Of a stretch of 64,000 nucleotides of DNA, positions 21,897 through 34,400 are shown in pieces; within the stretch, counting starts at the first letter, position 1; each line of letters opens with the position of its first letter. Source of the DNA: Psilocybe cubensis (taxonomy: Eukaryota); contig CM039000.1 in assembly GCA_017499595.2 (NCBI GenBank), positions 124,001-188,000 on the forward strand, read 5' to 3'. The position numbers and the translations under genes are program-made. The notes under the pieces were generated by a model, which did not search any database, was not told the DNA's origin, and was given only the letters and a program-made list of their open reading frames with translations.

Positions 21897-24800
21897 AATG
21901 ATCATGATTACGATATATCGCAGAGCTTGTCAGGCACAGGATACAGTGCAAAACTCGACTCATCAGCGATGGCGATGTACAATATTGAGGAATGAAAGCT
22001 AAGTACACGGGCACTCTGAAGAGGAACACTAAATGACTAAATGCAGAAAACAACAACAACAGCTTAAAGCTTTGAACAGGCTAAGATGGAGATGCGGAGC
22101 GGCTCGGCTTGTGCCGCCGGGATATTCCGAAGCAGCGCGTCCTCGTCCCCCGTCGGTGCGAGCCTGTGTTTCCGCGCTCATACTTGAACACAGACTTGCA
22201 CTGAGTATATAACACTTACTTACCATTGCGGTAAAACCTACTTACACCACACACGCCAGCCGACAGACTTAAAGGCATCGACGAGTGCGCTCAAACACTC
22301 GAATTTCAAAAACAAACTCAGCCAAGCAAGCGGGACCGGGTCGGCCTTGCGCTATGCCCCAATGCGCGCAGCGCATCCCCTTCCCGCGACTCCCCACATT
22401 AAACGAAATCTATATAGCACGCAGATCCGCGCAGCAGTCACCGGACAGCGGGATGACATTAGAATCCTGCCCTCCAGAAACCGGAACCGCAACCGGAACA
22501 CAGACTTGCACAGGCTCAGCTCACATCCCCACTCCTCCAGGTTCCGTCCGTCGAAGTCGAAGATGATCCATCTCATCTCGTTTCATCTCGTCGACATCGA
22601 CATCGACATCGACATCGAGAATGCTTTTCACTAGAACTCAAGTTCAATCACAATCATCAGCAAAATTCTGATTTCTGATTGCTGATGCTGCCCCTGGGTG
22701 GCGGTGCGCGCAATGACAGTGCGCACGGACGCCCAAGCCTTCAACCGTCAACGCTCCGTCTCCAACTTTTTACCTTACCTTACCTTACCTTAAGTAATAA
22801 AAGTCTTAGCCTATCTTGTGCCTATGATTCAAGCACGTAGATTAAATTTAAACCGCATTTGTTCGATATGGGGACCGGGGGCAAGGGACCACATGGGGCA
22901 TGTGGGAACTGGAGATGGGGGTCGATGGATCACGGCGAGGGATCACAGCGATGGCATTGATTATTGATTTGATATGCAGACATAAATATAATATAATCAG
23001 GCACACTGCGTTCTCGAACCCCTGGATTTTGATCCCTTGATTCAATTGATGTTGATTGAGTTTGCGCATCCTGTCTGTCTCTTTAACCTATATATATACC
23101 CACATTCCAGGTGTCACTATTGTCAGCAGCGCATGTTCGCGGCAGTTCGAAGTCTTAATGCTCAATCTCAATCTCAAAGCTCAGATTCAGGATTCAGTCT
23201 CTCATAAGTTTCGAGTGTCGTAAACGATACGAGTGCCCAGAACGTGCGACTAATCAAAAAATTACAGGTATTCAGTCATGGGATACACTGAACGTAATGA
23301 TATGATAATCTGAGAAACCAGCGATAAACCGACAACATCTAAACAAGATAATCGAAATGTTTAGAATACGCAAAACCCATAAATCCATCAACCTACTGCT
23401 GCGCTTTCGACTCTGGAGTGCAACCACAAGACTCGTTTTTATTTTTAGATCGCTGATAGTATCTATGTAGTCAGTTCATTGCAGGGGATAGATATCGTGC
23501 GCGTCCCTGGGCTCCCTGAGCTTCCAACCACCGGCAAACATACCGCCCACGCTAGCCTATGTGCCGTACACACTTCCCTGCAGCAGCACGCGCGCGTCGT
23601 GCCGCTGTTCACCCATACGTAAACACGTAAACCTGGGGATGGCCGGTGGAGACGCTGACGAAATGTATCCAGCATACCGACGCGGCGCATAAGCTTACTA
23701 CGATAGCCAAGTATTAAATATATTTACTGTAGTATTACATGTACTCGCCAATGATTTTGCGAAGCAAGTAATGGAAAAGTTTCTGAGAGTATTTGTGTAC
23801 TCTGCAATTTCCGTCTATGCGATTGTCCGTGCAAACCTCCCCAAAAACCGAGATTCCAACGGCCACCGGGGGTAGAGCAACAGTACACCGGCCTCGAGAC
23901 TCGAGTCGCGACTCGCCCTGCCCTGTTTCTAGGCTCTGAGGCTCAGCCTGTCGCTCCAAAAAGCCAAGCCAAGTGATAGTAAGCTAGAACCCTTCACACT
24001 AAATCCGCTATTCGCTTCCCTCTACTGTGAAATAGTACAATGGACACTGTCGACTGGACAGGAGCTGGACACTTGTTCGAAGAAATTTTATGACTGTCTG
24101 ATCGTAAACTCAGTCCTGAGCTTTCACCTGCCACGCCAGTAAAACGTTATACACCGAGCCGAACAAGGCGACAAATGCACTGCATAGCTTATGCAGGATT
24201 TAAATAGCTACGAGCTGGAGATGGAGAAGGCGCAGTTTTACCTTCGCATTCGGAGGTGCCAGTCTGTCAGTTGAATATGGACTTCTGTCGTGTTCCCGTC
24301 GTGACTCAAGGTTACATGCATGTTGTAAAGAACCGTGGTGATCTCACGTTTCCAATCGACATGGTAAACCGCCTGCCCACGGATTTAGACTCTGACCTTT
24401 ATTCAATGCTTCCAGACTCCAGAGCAAGACTGTATGTACTTACATTTTCAGAATCGTAAAGAGGTAGAACCCGGTTGAATCGGGGTGCGCTACTTTCCTG
24501 CCCATACCAACTAAAATTCTGCAGCCGGCAGCGACCACCGACCACGGGGCCGCTTGAGCGACTCCACGAATGCTCCGGTCTGGGCAATGTCATGGATACA
24601 CACTAACTTGTAACATTAGAGAAAGCTTACGAGTACACTAACCTTGGAAAGTACTAGCGTCTTTCTCGTGCATGAACTTAAGCGTATGAGGCAGTGTCAC
24701 GGCAGCGCATATGGGCCTGGCTTGGGCTCGAGTCGGCCAGCTTTTCTTAAGTTACAGCTTGAGGTGAGACTCTGTCAGCTCCTCTAATATATCAAGACAG

Positions 24801-26635
24801 GAGTCCATCTACTCCAAAATTCAATAAAAATGACAACGCGAAAGTCATTTGTCCTTGGGAGACTCAGAGTAAAAGACTACGGATTCTAGTAATTCCGTTG
24901 TATAGCTTACATCCCCGAATAAACTCGAGATTAAAAATTTAAAACCCGTCCACCATTAAGCGCCAAATTGCTCGGTAGGGGTGCACCGGTGCATATTTTC
25001 CTTCCTAATAGTGGGATAGTAAACTTTCTCAGCTTGAAGGTTAATATCTCCTTTCTCATCTCGTCCGAAGCGGGGCAGTTGATCGCATTTTAATTGCCAC
25101 TGTTCGATGGAGCAGATAAGTACTGCAGGGTCCTACATCATTGATTTCCTAATCGTTCTCAGTGTCTTCATGATACGAGTATTTTTTATATTTATCATCT
25201 CTGCCTACCTCCAGTAGCTATTGGACCTAGACTTCCAAAAGCAAACTCAAACGCCCATTCACCAAATAGATACAGCAATTCCCACTGTCCTAATAGGCGA
25301 ATGTGATTGGTCCAAAGCGATGTGTATCAAAACCTCGCCCCACGCTCCCATTCGACCGGTGTCTTTGTGCCCCAATCCTATCACGGGAGCACCAATTGAC
25401 GAGCACCAATTGACGTATACCAGAAAACTGATGGGGGCTCCCAAGCGTCAATCTAGGAGTCGCCCAAGCACCGGTTTAAACCCGCCTCGGCACCTGATTT
25501 TCAGGTCCCAGACTGCCTGTGCTCATAATTAGATATTAGGAACTTTATCATCGCGGAACATAGCCTACGCTAATGTCTCGCAAGCCGATCACGAGCTCAT
25601 CAAGGCGGCCGGTCGGATGAAGACCCTTGGAGAAACCTTGACCTCGGGCTATGATAATTCGAGGAAACGTTCGATTTGTACTATTCGATTCAGGTACTGA
25701 TGCAGGGTCCTTCCCCATCAGGACTATTTCTCCCGTTACCTGGTCCTGGTACGATTAGATAGTGGTAGACAGCAGATAATCTCCGGCCGTCCTCCGTAGT
25801 AAGCTGCAGATACTCGTCACACATCCTAATAATATTCTATTTTACATCAGTATGAACAACACAGCCTTGCATCAGCCTGTTAAAATCCGGAATACTCACT
25901 ACAAGTTAGTAAAGGTGCACTACAACTTTCATATGCACTTTCAGTAGATACATTAGCATCAAATACCTGTAGATACTACTGAAGGTGGCATATCCGTGTG
26001 CCCCAACGTAGGGTGTAATAAGAAATAGACCTCCCAATGGGCCATGGCCGAGTAACGAGCAAGAGATTGACACCGAGGGAAGTATGATGTAATCATCCGG
26101 TCCGAGCAAACAAGTAATAAATAAACCAAAATTGAATATTTTTTCGCTCTCATTTTACGGTTTGGTAAGCCATTTCGAAGCAGAAAAACAATTTTGTGCA
26201 GATTTAAACACTATATAGAGCATATCCTACCTTCTTTTGGTGCAGGGAATGCGGCCAGGCAGTTTGTGCGCCATTCGCAAGGGATGGATGTGGCAGTGTG
26301 AGCGCGGGAATCTGAATCTCAAATACGGAAACGGCCGACGCAACGCGGGACTTCGTCGCAATGGCCGTCGCAACATGGACACTACGTCAAAGAACTAGAA
26401 TGCATGTACCCTGGACTCAGTTTTCTTTTTCAACTCTTTGTAAATATATTCCTGGTCAAAGTAGACAGTTATATGCAGTGTGGTAGCTCCATGGTCATAG
26501 TGAATACTTGGATACAGTGTAGAATGCACTATTGTGGCATACAATGCCACAGTTTTTTGCTTTTGTATAAAAGATTCATGAAGCAGTCGCAGCTCGCTCA
26601 TTCATTCACCCCTTTCTCACCTAGCAGCTCTCGTA

Positions 26636-29600
26636 ATGCCACCTCTGTCAACTGGACTGCATGCACAAAGCAATGATCAGCAAGATATCTACACTGATTC
26701 TTCAGAATTGTTTGGAGTTCTTCGCAATCTTCTTGGGCAGCCAAACGTTCCAAATCAAGTACCTTCAACTGTCATCAGCTGTGCAAAAAATCTGGTTTCA
26801 TATCTTCAGTCACATATCTCCTCCGAGTCACACCTTTCGTCGCATGAACATATTTATCTGCCATCTACTGTCAACACTATTTCTACTACGGATTTAAATG
26901 CTGACATGTCCTCGGTGGATGTTAACCAGCCACAGAAACAGGATAACATCCAGCTGAACCGGAAAACAAGGCTTAGCACACTCTATACATATGGTTCTGC
27001 AAATGCCATCATTGAATATCCCGAGACCAGTGAACAAGGAGTTGGTTATCTTATGCCGGCTGATCTTACTGGTGATAGATTAAATCCAGCACAGAACTCT
27101 GCTTATTCCTTGGGGCCTCCGAATGGAAGCAGCACAGCTGGTCCAAATGGAAAGCCAATAACATGCAAACTTCTTACGGACCAAGATGGAAATGAGGTCC
27201 CATGTCGTGTTACACACTTTACATGCCAGGGCATGAAGATCTGCCCCTTTGCTGACCAGGAAGCTGCGGTAGCTCCACATACAAAGCCCTCAAAACAAAT
27301 GCTTCATCAGCGGTTGGCCTTGATCAATGCTATATCTCGAAGGGACACATCATTTCCATCAGCAGCACTTTTCAAAAAAACATTGGCTTATTTTACTGCC
27401 CTTCAACGACAAGGCTGCAGGTCTCCGTTATTTGAAGCAACTCTTCTTACTGGCGAGGATGCACAGGCTGCCCAATTACGCCAACAGCAACAAGAATTAG
27501 AAAGTCGCGGACATCCTGAAAAACTTCACTGTCACGGACGTCTGTTTCTTGACTACACTCATGATGGAACCGCGTTCATTCGGTATGTTGCTCTTAATTA
27601 TTAGAAGTATTAAACTAATGAAATTCAGGTGCGAGCATTACAATGCAGAAATCAATCGTGATCATTTCATTGATTTTACGATTGGAAATGGACTGCTTGA
27701 TACAGAATATTTGGAGGCTCTTCTACAGGGTGACGAACAGGCATTTTTTGATTTAGAATACGATGCAGCACAGAGAGGAGTTGGTCCACTGAGCAAATGC
27801 ACAACAATCAACAACCATTCAGTAATGAAAGTCTGCTGTCGTACGTCATGGCAATGGAGTACATGTTATATTTGTCTAACAATCCCATTTTAAACACAGC
27901 TAATCCACATCGTGATCCAAATAATGGGAAACTCGTCAGCGCTCCTTTAATACATCTTCCTTGCAAAGTTACAGTTCGCACTTACGAGCCAGTATCAGAT
28001 GATGATCTAAAACGGTGTCCTCAGATACTCATGGTAGTCCGAGGGGTTCATAGGCATCCTATTCCTATCCCCACAAAAACGCCTCCATCGATACTTCGTA
28101 GTATTTTACAGCTTTTACAGCAAATGGGGGACTCTTTGCCAGACCTAACACCACGACGCTTATTGAGACACCCTTTGATGAAAAGCTTTTTGCATCAAAG
28201 GCTTCCACATATTCCTACACCTATGCTTCTAGATCTTCACCCATCACTTTCAAATCGGGAACATCTTCGTGTGTATATTGAGAAGGTCAAGAACGAAAAG
28301 TATCCAATGGGAACTGGATGGGAAGGTACGCAATATTGACTTTACAATGAATTCTGCATAAAATATATTACTGTTTTCTAGGCCTTCTAAATTTTAAAAG
28401 TCAACAAGATACCTCAAGCGCTGATCCATATATTCGATTTGCTGGTGAACTTCCTGACTTAGGAAAGGTATGCGATGAGGATACCGAATTAACAACCGAG
28501 GAAGCTACCACTCCTCTCCGAGTGGTAATTTGCATGCTAAAAATTAACAGTCACCGACTTTTAAATGCAAAATATATTCAAAGTGATATAGGATTCAAAC
28601 GGGTAGTTGGATGGAAGGAATTTGAACTAGGTGGACTTGACGAAACTACTGGATTAAGTAGGTTCACTATTGCTCATCCTGATAGGCATGTTTGCATTAA
28701 CAAACATTGTATCAAGGTGTAACATACTGTCGTGTCTTTCTTACAAGGCAAACTGCTGATGCACATCGGTTTGTTCTTCACCAAATCGATGGTATTGTTA
28801 AGCAAGACACTGGACAAAATCTTATGTGGCGTCATATCCATTCACCAGTGAATAATGCATCCCAAGCAGTTGGTATATGTCATTTAGCTGTAGACCAACA
28901 TGCGGGACAAGCAAAAGGTGATATACATATTATATTTAATGCTTTACACTGACCCTGCTATTTATTAGGTTATGGGCAGTACTTCTGTGATATTGCACAA
29001 CAATACCCTCTAGTAAAAGACATCCACGAGCCACATAAAAACATCCAGGACCTCTCCGAGTATGACCATGTGCGGAGAATACTCCGGCTTTGCAAAAATC
29101 ATTATTTGCGGAATATTCAATCATGTGCCGTCCCAGACAATGTACGTCAAAAAATGCGAAGCCTTATGTGTATATCACATCCAACTTGGAATATGACATT
29201 ACGGGAAATACGAGAACAAGGAGGAAAGGCAGCAAATGGTAAGTAATCCTCATCTATCTGCCATTCTATACAAAAAATAAGCATTTAATTTCTATTAGAT
29301 TGGCTGCATGATAAGGAGCGTGCAAAGTTTGTCTGGCCAGCTATTTGTTGGGAGTTTAGCTGTATACCGCTAGATATTTGGAAGGTTGGTGATAGCACAA
29401 GTAACATTATTGAGCAGCTTCATGAAGACGTCAATCGAGAGGGAATAACCTGTACTTTGGTTGGAGGTGTGCAGAAAGGCTACCATTTTGATTTATTAAA
29501 GAACAGGACCATTGAGGTAAGCATTTTTTTATTTAGACTTTAAAACCTTACATTGAATCATAGTCATTCCATTTTATTTTTATAGACTGCACACGCTACA

Positions 29601-30002
29601 GGTGTACGACCTTCCTACCAAAGAGGTCATATAAGTGAGAGTGTTAGCAGAAGCATTTGTCGAAAAAGTAGGCATTGCATAATTTCTGCATTGTCTGATT
29701 CTAATTCATTCTCTTTTCTAGATGATCTGTCATCCAAAATTTTATCGCAGCAGGACAGAGCCATTGAGGGCCGTAATAAAAAATTACAAAAGGCTGAGGC
29801 TTCCAGAGTTACAGCTACTCAAGATTATTTAAACAAGTCTAATAACGCAACCACCCATGCACAGGCACAGGCAGCTGCTCGGCGACTTGAAAAGACAGAA
29901 ACTACTTTTCAAAAAGAGGTAGAATCAAGCTTATCACTCGTTGGAACAGGGTCTGGAAAGGTTGGATTGTTGTTGCCTCGTCGTAGCCCACCTTCATTGT
30001 AA
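26636..30002 (+). CDS. Intact multi-exon DDE transposase-like protein with a Mutator/MULE-type signature, about 1000 aa
   Basis: GT-AG introns (about 27583-27628, 27841-27899, 28326-28381, 28658-28717, 28918-28968, 29239-29298 and two more before 29720) give one uninterrupted frame. It contains QSDIGFKRV (D), LAVDQHAGQAKG (D), RLCKNHYLRN (CxxH) and STSNIIEQLH (E), the order seen in MULE-type transposases. No TIRs identified. Confidence 0.65.
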
Positions 30003-30210
30003 ATTATAATTTGAATCTTAACATTTGCCTGCAAATTTTAATAGTATTTTCAAAGAATGTGTAATGTTTAAACATGTTGTAAAGGAGTGTGTAACTGGGG
30101 TGGTAAAACTAGCCAAATTAAATAACAACAAGGGAAAAGGGAGAATAATAAAAGGAGCGTGTAGTATGTCTATGGCCAGCTAGACAGTAATTGGAAACCA
30201 ATCTGGATAT

Positions 30211-31472
30211 TTAGTCATCCAAATCCGAAGTAAGATCAATAAAAACATCGTCAGACTGGGCATGCGCAATCCTCGAGCAATAATGCTTCTCTAAAGCACT
30301 TGGAGTGCCAACCCAGTTATTACATGCATTACAAACAACGCAGATTTGTTGAAACTCTCGCATTGAGAGGCCGTTGTCGTCCAAAGATAATAAAAGGGTA
30401 ACAATTCCGACTTCAGAAGGTGCCGGAGGGCTTGCCTTTCGAAGATAGGAACTCAAGGCTGTCAAATAATATGACATGTTAGTTCAATGTATAGAAAACG
30501 TAAGAATAAAACATACGTCTTAATGCTTGAGCGTTTCCTTTTGAAGACGAGGATCCAGATCCAGAAAGCTCAAGTCGCTGGCGCTTAATAGCTTGTTGAG
30601 AGCTTTCTGGAGTAGATGGAAACTCGTGTTTTCGCTTAAGATATCTTGTGTACGTGGAGTTTGCAATAGACTCTGTTATAAAAACACATTAGAAATGAAA
30701 TATGCTAGGAAAAAAGACTATCCGCACCGTCCTCTAGCCACTTTAAACGTTTGGATGGACTCATCCGAAGAATAGATGGAGGTGAACTTGAAGGCACATC
30801 GTCCTCATACTTGAAATCATTAGCATCAAAGACAAGTGGGGGCGGTGGAAGCTCTCCAGCAGCTATAATGAATTGTATATTAGGTGTATAGCTAGATGTT
30901 AACAAGAATAATGACTTACTACGAAGCGGGTATTCACATACACGGAACTCAGGTGAAGATGTGTCCCGAAAGATTCTATCAAGATTAACTATTAGGTTTG
31001 TGTATAACATAATCAGTGAAAATAGACATAGACACAAGTGTAAGACGCACTGAAGTATTTGCAGCTTCGATTAACACAAGCCGCCACAATACAGCCCTGT
31101 AGCCCCCCACTAACCATTTGGAAAACAACAGATTCCGTATTGACGGTAGGATCGCCAGCCTCCTTGTTGATACCACAAAGACATTGTGGAAATCGCATTA
31201 AATGAGTACGACGATAGTCTTGGAGATCTGCTGGGGGAACGATGACACTGTTGTTTAGAGGCCTAAAAATTGTAAGTAAACATAGGTCATAAAATGAATA
31301 AAATAGCAAAGTACCAGCTCCAGGGCTGTAAGCGCCCAAATTTGAATTCCAGAACGACATTCTTGGTTTCACGTATCCTCCTATTGAATGGAAGAATACC
31401 GAATGGATCCCTGGCGGTGTTGCCTACATCAGAGGCTTTGTAGATAGGAGAGTAAAGGGTAGTAGAAGACAT
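30211..31472 (-). CDS. Small multi-exon zinc-finger protein (GRF-like finger plus C-terminal CxxC...H finger), convergent with the transposase-like gene
   Basis: ATG at 31472; introns 31314-31263 and about 31050-30989. Spliced reading includes FPQCLCG...IVAACVNRSCKYF (GRF-like) and a last exon GLSMREFQQICVVCNACNNWVGTPSALEKHYC. Middle exons are approximate. Confidence 0.55.
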
Positions 31473-34400
31473 AGTAAGTGTTAGAGAGTAAACAGTAGAA
31501 GCGACCAGGCTATGAAGATGACTAGTTAATTGTCAAATTTGAGCGATCTTTATACATATTTTGTACAACCTTTTTTGTGCACATGAGTCATGATTTGTCT
31601 TGCCTGGTACGTTGATCTTGCGCCATAATTTCAGAACAAATGTATTCACAGTACTACACAGCCTACTACAAAACAAAGAGATAAGATATTTTCCGCTAAT
31701 TTTTGATGGCCTTCACCCAAGCAAAACGCAGGAGACAAAGGAAAAAATAAGCGCTCGGTGGATCCCGAAACACGTTCTTGATGGATTGATTATTGTGTGC
31801 GAGAAGACAAAGAAAGCGGCAAGGAAACGGTGCACACGCAATCACAAGGCTACTGGGATAGCTAAGCCTTCTCACCAGTAACTGTAATCCATACAATGAA
31901 ACATTATGCCCCGAGTTGCACTAGTAGTCATTATTTCTATCTATTCTAAAAATTCTGCCTCTAGATTGTCACCTTCTTATCTCACATAATGTAATCGTGA
32001 TGTATATTAACTACTATCCATCACAAAATATTCCAAGTGATGGTGCCGAAATGATTGTTCATTAACTTATAATATCTATGTGACAATAGATAAGGCCGAC
32101 GGACGGCGACTACCCGTAGAACACGGTACCACGAGCATATGTCAAACAGGAAGTTACCCCAAACAGGACGAGACCCTGCATCAGTCCCTGAATCGAATAG
32201 TACAAATCGAACTATGACTCTGATAATTCCTCTGCATATCTTGTCATTCCTACCCATTTTCCTTGCATGTGTTGCTGAGTAGGTCTCCGAGTAATGCAGA
32301 TATGACCATTGATACATTTTTTGAGATGAGAGCTGGCGGTTCAGGCAGATACAAGCTTGCAACGACAACATAAACATTTTTACATATCATCATACCGTTA
32401 ATTTTTCATTAGTCCTAAGTTGCACCAATAGTCTCAAATAAGGAAATACGTTGATGAGAGATATTGATCCTTATCTCGAAGGTGATAGGCGAAACAAGCG
32501 GATAGACACCGCGCGTTACTACTGTTTGAGTAGGAATCCTACCGCATTACCACCATTGGCACAGAGCCAGCCCAAATTGTGTGTTTCGTGCATCTATCAC
32601 TGTAGTTCGGAGCGCGCATGAGGAACGGAAGTCTCATTAGCGCACATTCGAAGAAAGGTACAGGAGAAGCGTAACGTTATGCGGGGCTCATTGTGCCTTA
32701 AGATAAGCTCCTACCTACCACGATAGATACTCCACAACTTTATTTTACTGCGGCTCCGAATGCTAGATGGCTAAATCGTGGCACTGTCTTATTCCTTCCC
32801 AAGATATTACTTGATTCAGTATGGATCACACACTGTTTGGATTTCATAGCAATCCTAGCGAGTAAGGAGGGCGGGATTTCCATCTTTAAACCCATGTACA
32901 AGGTTTGAATTCAACCGTCTTCCGAAATACCCACGGAAACCACGTACATATTTCGGATATTAATAAAACAGTCTCAGGCGAAGCACTTCGGAGGCCGTCC
33001 TTGTTTTTACACAGACACACGAAGCAAGTAACATGAGCCTGGGCGGGCATCGAATGGCACGATTGACAGGTTGAGAGGCTCGAGACCTCGATGTCTCGAC
33101 AAAAGTCCTTGACACAGTGACAAATAAATATGCATAGATCCTGCCATCGGTCAAGTCTGCGATCCGACGAAAACGTACACCCAGGACCATTCTCTCAGAG
33201 CCAAAATAACTCGTCAGTATTTAGATATCCCGTAAGTAGATCCATTTGGCACATCCGCTATCCCAATAACTGTTTCCAACGCTTCTGTGGTGATTGGACG
33301 GAAAATCAGATTTGAAAGTTTCATTAACGAGGCTCTAATTTATATTTCACACTGTGGGTTCCCTCTGCAAATAAAATGATGAGTCTCAGCATCCCAAACT
33401 TCGTCACAGTCGAACAATTTTCGAAAGACAAACGTATCGCATATGGGAGTATGGCATGTGAACGGTGAACCACAGTTACAATGTGGCTCTTATTAATAGC
33501 CACGAGAAATTGAGACCCAACTGAACTGTCCGGAATGAATTCCAGATGACAGGTCGTATCAGAAACGTATGGACAGATCTATTACAATCGCACACTTAAC
33601 TTTTTAGACAACCTGGGATCAAGACCATTTAATGCAGACACTCTTTCAAGCTATCACACCGAAAAATATTCGTATGCGAGTTTGCTTAATACCACTCAGT
33701 AGCCTGAACCATTTGAAACCACTAAGTAAACTAGATCTGTGTGGGAATTGGCGGAGACTATCAAACTATCAGATCGTATTAACCTCGGACCTTCTTCTGT
33801 CAATGGTCATAGCAATCAGAACCTTCAACCTTCATTAAATATGGTAAATGGCGGAGTTATAATCAATGTTTATGGCGTATCTGTGCCTTGATTGACCTAG
33901 GAGTTCTTCTCGCCCGGATATCCCGTGAATAATGACCAAACTTAAGCATCGATGGCCAACGGCAGATTTTATCCTGCTCACTAGTACCCTTGTATATTTT
34001 CTCCTTCCTCATGTTTCTTCTTAGTAGAACAAAAGTCAATTTACTGGTACTTAGATATTACATGACAGCAGGTATCTCACCGTTTCACCGTCCACAATAG
34101 CAATTTGGAGGTCATATTACCCCTCCTTTTGAAGTGACCAATAGTTGCGTCAGAGGCAACGATATACTCTGATTAACAGTATATTTACCGAATCTTCTCT
34201 GAACATATGTGAGCAGTGCATATTTTGTAGAATTCCAAGTTTACCATCGTGCTACATGTTCCATCATCCTATCAATATGATCAAACGGCACTTCCGTCAA
34301 TTTGCTAGTGGTCGGGGTGTTTTAAATTGGTTTCTCTTCAGGACCAATCGGTTACACTGTAATTATGGATGAATCTAAGTGGCAAGAGGCTATCCTGAGT

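Noticed and set aside
25897-25905. CACTACAAG as a possible CACTA terminus for the 26-31 kb element
   Set aside because: No matching inverted copy found downstream.
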